Assembly (NCBI GenBank): GCA_001244265.2
Contig: CDLV01000008.1
Span: 1-64,000, forward strand
Reading direction: 5' to 3'
DNA from: Microbotryum violaceum
Lineage: Eukaryota
DNA: 64,000 nt
Shown here in pieces: positions 39,906 to 51,436 of this stretch. The position numbers were made by a program, and so were the translations under genes. The notes below the pieces were generated by a model. It was not told where the DNA came from. It saw only the letters and a list, made by a program, of their open reading frames with translations, and did not search any database. Numbering within the stretch: the stretch's first letter is position 1; each line of letters opens with the position of its first letter.

Positions 39906-40493
39906 AAAGAAGAAGGAGAAAACCCCGATTGGTTTGCATTTACACTAGACACTATTTTTCGGATTCCTGGCCGGGCCTAGCGCCCAAGTCTTTGTTGTTA
40001 CCATTATAAAGGTCCGCTCTTATGTTACCGATGAAGGTATCAAAAAATACATCGCATTACATGCAATCTACTTTGCTAGCGCGCGCCGCGGCAGTTCACT
40101 GAACTCTACAAGCTTCAACAGTATTAAAATTGGGTGTATGTCATCGAAGGGCGGTAAAAATGTGGCCACAGTCGCGATCGTCCACGACGGTCAGCTCCAG
40201 CCCGAGGCCCGCCGCGTGAGGCAAATTGCTCCTTGACGCCAGGCTATTTCCCGTGAGTATTAAAATATTCGAGGCTCGTCCTTGCACGCAGCGCCTCGAT
40301 AAGTGTTCGAGGGGAACGCGCGAGCGCCACGAGGTGTAGCGTGCGGAAGGGGGGACGGCGACACGGATGTTGCCGTTCCAGACGAGGTTGGCTGATCTGT
40401 TCGCGATCGGTTTCAAGCTACATTTCGCCTGAAAGAAAAGTGAGAGTGAATGGTGGGTGATGGATACGATGGAGAGCCGGGTGTGTTTTGTGT

Positions 40494-42732
40494 TCATTGA
40501 AGCTCCTGGGGCCATTGATCCCTCTTCATCCAAATGCCTTCCTTCGAGAACCTCGGATTCGGGACATAGCTCAGACCGTCGTCCATTTTGGGTGTAGCTG
40601 GGATGGGCACTGTCCACGCCGACGCGATCAACGTGCTTTAGTACTCTCGTCAAAAACACCGAAAGTTCCTCCCAACACTCACAAAACCAACCCCACCTCC
40701 CCTTTCCCATGACCATCTTCCAATTCTTGTCCCTACTTCCCAACCACCACAAATTACCCTCTTTCCCTAACCTCCCCCACTCCCGATCCCATTCCTTCCG
40801 TACCTTCCTCATCCCCTTGAACCCAAAAGTCCCAAACTGCCTAGTCAACCTCCTATTCTCTATCGATTTAATCCTCTCCAATCCCATTTGTTCGATCGTC
40901 GTTAAGTTCAACAAGATCAATTGGGTATGCATGAACAGAAGGGAGCTGACGAAGAAGGCGAAGAGGCCGGAGAGGCAGAGGATGACGATTTGTTGCGCAT
41001 CGATCGAGGCGTTCGAAGGGGTGGCGATCCCGATTAGGAGGGTGAGGAAGACGTAAAAAGTGTAGAGAGTCGACCATTGGAGAAAGTTGTAGACTGAGAG
41101 AGTGTATCAAGAATTCAGTTCGGGAATTCTTCCGGATGGGGAGATATTGCAAGGCGTACAGTATTTGTAATTACGCGCACCGACACAGGTCCCAACCCAA
41201 GGGCAATGGTGGTCCTATGGCATGAGGATGGGTCAGCACGGCATTCCGAATACGTTCCAAGCCGTCGCAGAGTCACACGTCAGGTCTTGTCTCACCATTT
41301 CTATAGAAAGATGGAAGGCGAGCTCGTCAGTCGCAAAATTCGTTGATGTCCAGAACCCCTCTTCCCATCTGTCGTGACAACTCACTTAGTACGACCGCCG
41401 CGCAATGCTTGCACCTATGTGACCTAAAAGGTCTCAAATACCCCTCCCTCGAATCATACCGATACTGTTCGGTTAAAACAGGCACCGTCGGTGGCGTTCG
41501 TTCCAAGATGACTTTGGGTGGGGCGGGTTTGTAATCCTTTGCCGGTTCGGGAAAGTCGAGGTAAGATCGCGAAGTAGTTTCGTGCGACGTTCGTGTGGGA
41601 GCGAAAGGCTGGGTGTGCGGTTGAGGTGGGTAGGAGGAAGTGGCAATCGGCTGCGTGGTGGAGAAAGTGGTTGAAGACGGGTTCGAGTCGGGTTGGGTCC
41701 CGATCGCGGTCATGCTGTCGCCGATGGTCGAGGTGGAGGTTTTGGGTTCAGAGGGGGTTCGTTCGAGGTCTTCCAAAGTGGCGGCCGCAGCGAGTGATGC
41801 AGCAGCTGGACCGAGTGCTCCCAGTGTAGGGTCCTCATTCGCTTCATCATCACGCTCAACAGATGCTGGCGCCGCCTCAGGCCGTGCAACGATTCCTTGC
41901 TCCAAGTCAATGGTGTCGGCTCCGGGTCCATTCACATCGACACTTGTTCTCGGTGGTGGTTCATTTACGCTTCGTCGCAAGTTCTCGAACCTGTACCCTT
42001 CCACTTGGACCAGTTCTTCTTCCTCCTGTGGTGGTTCCGTTTGAGGGACGTACTGTGGGAGTTACAACGTGTCAGTCTTCGCTCCTTTTATTCGAATCGG
42101 GGACCCATGCCACTGACGTCTCTTGCGAATCCCGGTCCGGTGTTGATGATGCGCATATAACACCATACGAACATGAGGAATAAAAAGTGGTACAGCACCA
42201 AATAGATGACTGCGCATTGAATCAACGTTGTTCGAGATCAGCCCTCGGTGACAAGGTAGCGGGATCAAAAAGATCGCGATCGACACGCACCTCCCTGCGC
42301 TCGACCGCCTTGTCGATCCCGATCGAGTCGGACCATCTTGATGCACAGCCTGACGACGTAGACATAGTAAGAATACCCAAACATGCCGACGACGAGACCG
42401 ACGGCGAACTAGACCCGAGATCGAGTTGAGAACCGGGGGGAGGGGAGTCACGTGAATAGAAGCTCGTGGTCAATGCCGAGCTCTCGCGTCACGAGTGTAG
42501 GGAGAAGCGCGATGCTCACCTTCCTCGTCAACCAACTATCCGGACCGGTCTGCTGCAATCTCTTCTCCTCGAGGTTGCGCATGTGCTCCCTGATTCCGAT
42601 GATGCGAGTACGTTTCTTCTTCTCGACGACTGGGCCCTGGCCAGGGGAGGGGGATGACGTCGGATCCCATGCTGTGGTGGATGATGGACCGCCGTGGGCT
42701 TGTTGAGAAGACGATGGGTGGCATTTTGACAT
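40494..42732 (-). CDS. DHHC palmitoyltransferase (multi-exon, includes a 5-nt microexon)
   Basis: [49 protein letters not shown] and a final exon ...[21 protein letters not shown]. The start codon is less certain. Confidence 0.88.
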
Positions 42733-43362
42733 CGTTGTGCACGGGGGTCTCTTCTCGCCGAGGTTGGAAATTGAGTGCCCCTCTCCCTGCGGCTCAGGCC
42801 AGTAATAGGGGAACGAACGAGTCCTCCGAGACGATGACGAACGACAGAGTGGTTGAACGAAGCGAGCGCGGACGTTCAGGTGGCACAACCAGGGGATGCA
42901 CACCCGAGGAGGTCGAGGATCAATGCTACAGAGCTGGGTGATGGGGGAGGGATGGCTGAAGTGCGCCTCGGGTTGCCAAGAAGCGAGAGGGAAAGGGGGA
43001 GCAAAAAGGACGTGGATTGGGAATGGCACGGCTTGAATGACGCGCTCGGACCTTGCCTCGGATCTCGGCGCCGGATACTGACAAATCCCGACGGTCAGGT
43101 CGCCACCACCTGCGACTTGGGCTGTGCACATTCGATACTACTGCACGAGCCTGGATAGGTAAGGTGATCATCCTCTTCTCAGCAGCCAGGTCGCAGCAGT
43201 TCTCATCACATTGGCTGGGTCGCACCACTGCGCCTTGATGTGCAGCTTCATCCCCCCCAAAGCCCATCTCCTTTCGCTTTCATAAACCAAACTAAAACCA
43301 TCTCTACTTTGTCATACATTGCACAAACCCACACTCGATAGCCCTCAACGAGACGGCTACTA

Positions 43363-44113
43363 CTAATGATCATGCGATCCGCCTTGACCGGCCAACGAGC
43401 TCTCGTCCCTGACACCCATCTTGGCGGCTTGATTTGACCACTGTCAGCATATCGGGGAAAGGGAATCGATTAGTATCGAGGTGGGTGCGGTGGCGAGTCG
43501 CCTGATGGGATAGGAGACGTCGACAATCTTCAGGGGCCAGACTGACCAGCATCGAAGGGATCTCTCGTGTCGGCGCGTTGTGTCGTACCTGTCCAAGACG
43601 ACGCAGAGTGAGTCATGAATACCCGACAATGCCTTGTACCATTCCCGTGCCACCCTCCACGCCCGCCTGTCCTCCCATCGCCAGCCGTACGTGCGACGCC
43701 AATTACCTCCCTTGTCGTTCGGCATACCATCCCAATTCCATTCCGTTCCTCTCTCTCTCTCTCAATCAATGCACTCACCTCTCGCCCAGCTGAATAAGCC
43801 CAAATACCGTACGTCGTGAGGGACACAGCCAATCCGACGATCGCGGTCGACGACTTCCAGTTCGCGGGGCGGGTCCACCAACCACCTAGGAAAAGAGAAT
43901 CAAGAAGAAGGTAAAAATAGGTGTCGAAATTTGGAGGGTAGAGATGATGTCGCTCTTACCTGCGGGGGACCAGACCTCCTTGGGGTAGGCGTAGCGTGCT
44001 CCGCCGCCCTGCAGCAGGGACAGGGGGTGTGAATGTGGGTGTGGGTCAGTAGGGAGTACAGGCGGACACTCAATAAGGCTGAGACTTACGAGTCGTGCTG
44101 CGGTAGGAATCAT
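43363..44113 (-). CDS. Mitochondrial complex I small accessory subunit (NUUM/NDUFC1-like)
   Basis: Spliced product MIPTAARL|GGGARYAYPKEVWSPAG|GWWTRPANWKSSTAIVG...AGRE|VRHNAPTREIPSML|WSNQ...*. Confidence 0.8.
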
Positions 44114-44389
44114 CTTGTGCGGGTGGTAGATGGTGTAAGAGCAAGGCAGAGCCGGCGCCGGCGAATGGCGCGCGATGTCGGCCTGAGCTTGAGCGGTAAA
44201 GCGCTTCTTTCCCCACGCGCTTCTTTCCCGACTACCCACCACAATCTACCTCGCTAACACTACGCATCGCCTCCAACGTTATCACAGCACCCAAGTTGCC
44301 AAGTTGCATCTCTCTTTTCATCAAGGCACCTACTCCCAGTACACCGCAACTCGAGTTGTGCGCTCTTCGCATCGCACACCCGCACAACC

Positions 44390-44905
44390 ATGTTCCCTAC
44401 TCTCCCCCTCCTCCGTGGTACATCCCGCTCCTCGTGGCTTCCTAAACGTTTCCAAACCGGTCTCTACGACGGCCGTTCTCTACAATCCGGTTCCCAGATC
44501 GGTGAAACGTTCTCGTCCAAAACCCGACGAAGGTGGTTACCGAACGTACAAACCAAACGCATCTACTCTGAATCGTTGAAAGCGTTCCTCAAGTTAAGGG
44601 TCACCACCGGTGCGTTGAGGACTATGGACAACTGTGGCGGTTTGGATCAGTATCTTTTTAGGATGAAACAAGAGCGATTGGGCAAGAAGGGTCTCGAGTT
44701 GAGGCAGATGGTGAGTACTGCGCTTTTGGGGGAGACTGGCGGGCGGGAGATACTGATACTAGGGGCGATTTACCTCCAGGTTATGCAAGCGCACAAGACG
44801 TTACGAGCCGATCGCAGGGCCTTGGCCGAACGACCACTCGAGCCGACGACAGCCAAGTCGGAAAAGGCCGCAGTTCGGATACCCGCGGAAACGGCGCCGA
44901 TATAG
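44390..44905 (+). CDS. MRPL24: Mitochondrial ribosomal protein bL28m
   Basis: KRFQTGLYDG...KTRRRWLPNVQTKRIYSESL...LRTMDNCGGLDQYL; one intron at about 44711-44779. Confidence 0.88.
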   Translation: MFPTLPLLRGTSRSSWLPKRFQTGLYDGRSLQSGSQIGETFSSKTRRRWLPNVQTKRIYSESLKAFLKLRVTTGALRTMDNCGGLDQYLFRMKQERLGKKGLELRQMVSTALLGETGGREILILGAIYLQVMQAHKTLRADRRALAERPLEPTTAKSEKAAVRIPAETAPI

Positions 44906-45527
44906 AGGGATGGGAGATGCAATGCGATCCGAACAAGGTCTGAAGAATGTTCTGGTGAAAGGGACACGCTGTGTGCCCACAGCATAGCAGAGTAGGCTCG
45001 GCGAGAATTAATGCTACGGGTGGTGAAAGTTTTGCTTTGCTCGACTCGGGAGGTGGTCGTACCACTCGTGCGAGCTGAGGCAGACAGGCTTAGTGTAGCC
45101 CAATGAAGGCTGGGGACACGAGTGGTAGTCCCAATCAGTGAAAGTATTTCGCTTGGGCTTTGAATGACCCGACGTACGTCAGTCGTCGGTCTGAATTGAG
45201 CGATCGGCCGCCGGCGCGCTGAACCAAGTCACGCCTCGGGTGGCGCTCCTCATGGCTTTACCCCACGAACGGGCACGTTCGGGCACGTTCGGGCATCCTG
45301 AATAGTCGCACGGCGGTGCACCCGATCAGCGTTCACTCGCAGCAGAACCGCACGGACTGCTGCCTAAGGGTGTGCTCGGTACCTCTGCTACACCACCCCT
45401 CCGTATTGCTCGCCGACCACGAGGGCTGTCGTGTGCCACAGCGTCGCAAGTGGTGCCCGTCCTTCAGGCCTTCAGGGCGTGCTCAGTGCTCGAGGAGCCG
45501 TGCGTCACCGTGACGACTTGGGAAACG

Positions 45528-48500
45528 ATGGGGCTCGTTGTCGTACGTGCCTCGGATGGAGCTGCATTCCCCTTGTACAAACATGACCTGCACCGCATCA
45601 CCACGTCAGTCGTAGACCTTCCTCTCCAGACCAGACCACACTTACCTACCTCAGCTGACTCCTGGCATCTCCTTCACATGGCACCCAGCCTCGATGAGTT
45701 ACGGTACAACGTCCTTTCGAACCTGCTCTCGATCGAACCGGACCACTTGATCTGCATGAACGAAGAAGGCGCCCAACTGCGCGACGAGACCGTACCCCAC
45801 CTCGCACTCCTAGCCGGATCCCCCTCCACTTCAGCCGTTCTCGAGTCATCGTCCTCACGTTGGAGAGAAACCAATTCGGTATCCGCTTCGGTCTCGCGGT
45901 CGGTATCCGCTTCGGTCTCGCGGTCGAGTCATCTGCGAGGTTCGACTACGGCGTCGAGATCGAGGGGTGCGGAGGAGAAGAGGATCTATGTGTTCGATAG
46001 GGAACATTTGGATGCCGATCCGGAGGTGGTCGCGAATCGTTTGGCCATCACCGAACAACAGGTGCTCACGGAGGCACCTTTGGAACGTGAGTTCCTCGGT
46101 AGAGTTTGCTTCTAGAAGGAACGCTCCCAATCGATGCGAGCTGCTCTACATTGTTGCCTCGACAGCCCAGGACCCATTGCATTCCCACATCGGGCTCTCA
46201 CTACACCATCTCGATTCGGTGCATTCGCTCATTCACTCGATCGCACTACAACACTCGTCACTCCACCTCGCCCTCTCCAACCTCCATCGCGTCAACACCG
46301 GTACCCACGCCTCCCTCCAAGTCTACCTCGATTCGACCCAACCCAACTTGCAGACCTGGCAAGGTCTCTTGGAGAGCTGGGAGGACTCAATGATTGCGAT
46401 TGGCAAGGTGGGGGTCGTTTCGGCTTTATTGGGCAAGAGGGGTTCAGGCATGGGGGGTAGTTCGGTCAATTCGACTGCTCAAGAGAGATATTTGGGCGAT
46501 TACGTTAGTCGGGATAAGATGGGTGCGGTCAAGGAAGGGTGTAAGAGGGTGCTCGGTAAGAGTCTCTTGCAAAGAAGGGGTGACCCCACGCGCAGCTTTG
46601 GCTACGATGCTGACAGAGGAGGTTTGCGTCCTTCCAGATGATCTGGTTTCAAGAACGCAATCCATGCAGGCGAGCGTTGATGATGTATTGGCCAAAACAG
46701 CTATTGTGCAGACCGAGTTTGATGCGACAAGGTTAGTCGACTTATTCGTAGACACTTCTCTCTCGCCATCTTCACTGACCTCTTATTGTTGTTTCAGTCG
46801 AGACATGGAAGATTTGGATGCCTGTGCTCATGATGCTGAGATCGGGCATCAGCGGATAGAAGAGCTTGTGCGAGCGAGTGAAGAAAGTGAGCACGTTCCC
46901 TAACCGCATGCATCCACCCCATGTTGGCCTACTCACGCCGATCATCAATTCGTGCGCAGTGCAAGACCCGACCCTGACCGATCAATGTTTCGAAGAACTG
47001 ACCCTCCTCGACTCGGAGCACCGCGATCGCATTCGCTTCCTCGTCCAACACAAGAACGCCATGACTCATTACCTCCTCACCATGATGCAACGCATCTCGG
47101 GACTTCAATCCGATATCGCGATCATGCCTTCGACGTTGGGCGAATTGGACCATGATGCGAGGACCAAGACGGACAACTTCAAGCATCTAGCGAGGTTGGA
47201 GGGGTTGATCCCTGCTTATGTCGCTACGATCGTGGAGATTGTTAGGAGGAGGGAATACGATGGGTTGTTGAGGACCCATGCGAAAGGGTTGGGCGAAGCG
47301 TTGGAGGTCATTATTGGAGTTGAGAAGGAGCAAAGAGGGACCTATCGCCAACGCTATGCGGGAAAGTTGCCGTGGGAGGTCAAGGGGCTCAGCAGTGGTG
47401 GAACGACGGAGGAAGTCACCCCTTTCGTTGACCTCGTCGTTCGACTCGGTTCGGATGAGCATCTACCCGAATTGACGAGGTCGCACGTAGAGGCGTTATT
47501 AGCGAGCTTGAGGCAAGTCGAAGGCGGGATGACGGTCTCGGGCAAGAGACATCCTATTCGGGAAGCGAGGATTCTCCTCGAAAGTCTCGTACAACAACTT
47601 GACGAGATCAAGATTGAATTCGAGCGACTCGCGAAGGAACGTTCCCCTACTATAGCGGCGAGTTCCTCAGTCGTCTTGGCTAGGACGCAAGAGGTAGAAG
47701 AGTTGAAGGGCAAGATTCGGAGTTTGGAGGAAGCCAAGTTGGAGGTCGAGAGGGAGTTGCAGCGCGAGCGTTCGAGCCATGAGGAAGAGGTCGTGCAGCT
47801 CAATTTGTTGGTCGGGCAAGCGACGGCGGGGAAAGAGGCGCATCGGGCACAGTTGGAGGCTCTGAGAGCGGAAATGAGGAAGGAGAGGGAAGAGAGGAGG
47901 AAGGAGGTTGCGAAGTGGGAGAAGGCGGAACGGGAGGCGAGGAGGGACAAGGAAGAGGAAGCTAGGAGGGCGATGGACGAAGCGAGGAGCTTCAGAGCTA
48001 GGGAAGACGAGTTGGACCTTTTACTGAAAGCGGCCAGGAAAGGAGAAGACGACCTCAAGGATCGTGTTGCGGATCTTGATCGGAGACACCTTACCCTTTC
48101 ATCGGATCATGAAGGCGTGCGGGGCGAATTGGATCGGGCCAAGTCGACGATCGAGGAACTCGAAAATGCCATCAAGGTCTCGGAAACGACCTGCCGCGAC
48201 CTGACCGTCGTCGTCGCGGAGAAGGAGAGGAAATTGCGGGACCAGAGCAACGAGGCTGAGTTGGATCGCGCCGTATTGGAGAAGGAAATGCAGGACTTGC
48301 GAGCAACGATCGAGAGGCACCAAGTTGAGCGGGAACGTGCGGCCGCAAGGGAGTCGACGCTCGAAGAGATCGCGAGTGGGTTGAGAGAACAGGTCGAGAG
48401 ATGGACTTTGCTGGCTGCGACCAGGGAGACCGAGTTGGTACAGGCGAAGGGGGACGTCGATTCACAACGCGGGGAGCGGGAAAGGGCTCTGATCGAGGCA

Positions 48501-50489
48501 AACAGAGAATTAGCTAAAGCGACGGCGGCGGCGAGGATGGCTATCAAGCTGGCGGCGAGGATGAAACAGGAAACGGAGCAGGTGACTTCACTCCTCAGAT
48601 CGACGTCGGCGTCGCAGAAGGTGGAATGGTCGCCCGAGAACGTCGACGGTGCGAACATTGACCTCGCGGGCTCCGTAGCAGCGCCGGATCGTAGTGTAGC
48701 GGGCACCATGTCCGAGTCTGTCGATTACGAGCAGGGCAAGATCGAGGATCTGATCGCCGAGCTCAGCAAGATTGAGAAGATCGGCGACAACAAGGACTCC
48801 CTGACAGATGCGGTGCGCAGCAAGATCGATGCGCTGTCGTCGGCGACCAAGAAATGGATCAAGGAGGCCAAGGCGTACCGCGAGCGAGCACTCAAGGCTC
48901 AGACCGTCGCGGCGGACAAGATTGCTTTCCGCAAGTGAGTGGGGCCCTTAGAGAATTGTCGGGATGAACGAGTGCTGACCACGGCATGATACTCTGACAG
49001 CTTCGCAATCGGTGATTTGGCGCTGTTTTTGCCCACTCGCGACTCGGCGATCCCCGTCTGGGCCGCCTTCAACGTCAGCTGCCCTCACCATTTCCTCTTG
49101 GCCAAGGGAACAGTCCAGGAGCAAACGCAGACGCGGACTTGGATCGTTGCTCGTATCACGTCCCTCACCGAGCAAGTCGCCGACGTCAAGGACTCCGCCT
49201 CGAACCCTTACCTTCTCGCGCCGGGGACCAAGTTCTTCCACCTCGAAGTTGAACCGTGGAGCTCCAAGGACCTCTCGCGCTCACGTGGCAAGAGACCATC
49301 GTTGGGGGACAAGACGTTTCGTGACAAGCGCAGAGGCTCACTTTCGACGTCCAACAATAAGCACAAGCCGAGCGGCCTCAGCTTTACGGGCCCCGATTCG
49401 CCTTCCCAGGGGGGATCTATGGCTTCGACTTCGGCTGTCGTGGTCGAATCATCGACGCCTTCGAAACGACCTACGGCAAGTCGACGCAGTGTCTCTGAAG
49501 GTGGGCAGAGTGCGCAGCTACCTTCGAACGCGACGTCATTGGCTCGTTCAGAGTACGCCATGATTGAAGAGGAGGAGGCGACCGGTCCGACCCCGCCCTC
49601 GGGGTTGGAGCACGACGCTGCGCCATCGACCCCAGCAGCGATCACCACACCTTCAGGTCTGGCCGTATCGCTCTCTCGCTCTCGACCGCCCTCTCCAGCA
49701 ATCGTTCGGTCCGATCCTTTCAATCCTAATCCTTTCGCCGTCTCGTCTTCGCCGCCTGTCGATGACTCGTTCGAAGAAGGCTCGATCGCAATCGTTAGCC
49801 CCCCTGCAACCGATTTCGAACCCGCCGCGACTTCGGCCGGTGCGGTGCCGGCGTTCCTCCCTTCAACGGGAAGAAAGACCCCTTCTACAGTTGGGAGTCA
49901 GAAAAGCTCGACGACGGCCTCGACCGCATTGACCTCGACCAAGCTCAGTCCTCGTTACGTGCGCTCCTCGCCGGCTGACGAAAGGGGATCGTCGAAACCA
50001 CGATCAATTATCGGGGTGGTTGCTGGTGGGTCTTCGGACGCCGACTCGTCCGCAACCTCACCTTCTTCGGTTCATGGTCACCTGCCTCGCTCGGCCAGCT
50101 CGGCGAGTAGCATTCTCTCGGCGTCGTTGCAGAGGGCCAGACCGCTAGCATTTCCGAGCACGAGCCCTCTCGACGGGAGCAAGGCCGCCCCGACTGTCGA
50201 GAACGCCTCTTCGCATCGATGGACGACCATGACCGATAGCCTCATTGACGCAACTTCTACTTTGCTACCCACTTCGAGTCAAGGAGGGAGTGGGTCCTCG
50301 GGGCCGGTGAGCAACTCGACGATCCCTCGAGCTCGTCGACCCTCGGAATCTTCGTTGGCGGCTGTCGCAGCAGCCGGACGTCGGACAACCGCTACAGCAC
50401 TGGCGGACTCGACGAGAAGTTCCAGGATCGTGGGTGAGGTGCGCAAGGTCTTGTCGCCAAAGTCGGAGAACCCTTACACTTACACTTAG
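45528..50489 (+). CDS. ATG11: Autophagy scaffold Atg11 (FIP200-like), multi-exon
   Basis: IYVFDRE, AYVATIVEIVRRREY, a long coiled coil, KIAFR|NFAIGDLALFLPTR, WAAFNVSCPHHFL and NPYLL. Ser-rich tail; the 3' end is approximate. Confidence 0.9.
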
Positions 50490-51436
50490 GCCTGGGGTCG
50501 GGTCCGACGCGTCACGTGATACTGAGACGTCGGACCGAAATCTGAGACTTGGCACATCGACTGGCTGGCTGAGTGTATGCGGACTATTCTTTTTCTCGTC
50601 GTTGTTTGGTTTTGTCTTTGCAGTGCAATTAAGCAATTTCGTTTGCACGTGTCCGAAGAGATCCATAGGATCTGAGAATCGTCTGAGATGGCAACATCCG
50701 AGTAAGACCCCCGGGCTGCCTGGAGCCGAAGCGTGTTTGTCTCGAGAAGTCCTGGAACATTTCATCACGCACCAATTGGGGAGGGAGCGTCAGCGTGGGT
50801 TTTTGGAGCTCCGTCTAAGTCCGCGCACTCCACGCGTCTCGAAATAAAAGTTGGGTGCGATCTCCCTCACTTTCGCTCTCGCCCGTACCAACTCACTACT
50901 GGTCCAAGCTTCGTTGAGCTCCCACGACACTCTTTTTTCACCACAAAGTTGCTTGGCTCGAACACACAGCAGCAGGTATCGACTGCTTGCTTCTGTTCGC
51001 GTCGGCCGGTCTTGCAAAGTTGAGATCCCTTCCCCGGATTTACTTTGGCGTCAGTAGCAGGCACAGTGGTCGCGTCCGCCGTCAGGTTGCGGCAAGTGCC
51101 TTCTGTCGCGAATGCACGTGCACTGACCTGTCATACCTGCGTCCGTCAGTCTTGCTCTCCCCGACAGCGATCCACAAAGCCCGTCTTCTACACTAGTCAC
51201 TGAACTTGGGACCGAGGTTGCCAAAAATTCTGGGACGCCACATCTCGATCGTTGTCGAGTCGGATCAACCCGAACGGCGCGCCCCGGAACGCGTCGTTTC
51301 GAAGAGCAGCCCAAGTGGTCGCGACGCGAGGGAAATACACAGCCGCCTGCCCCCCACCCACCCACCCCTCGCGGACCAAACTCGCCGGATCACAAATCCG
51401 ACAGACATCTATATCCGTTGGACCATACCCGAGTCA

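Noticed and set aside
41294-41306. CATTTCTATAG resembling U3 snoRNA box A
   Set aside because: The rest of U3 is missing, and the sequence is explained by the microexon and its acceptor on the other strand.
45876-45923. 24-bp tandem repeat (SVSASVSR x2) in ATG11 and a 10-bp repeat at 45270-45295
   Set aside because: Ordinary slippage duplications with no evidence of function.
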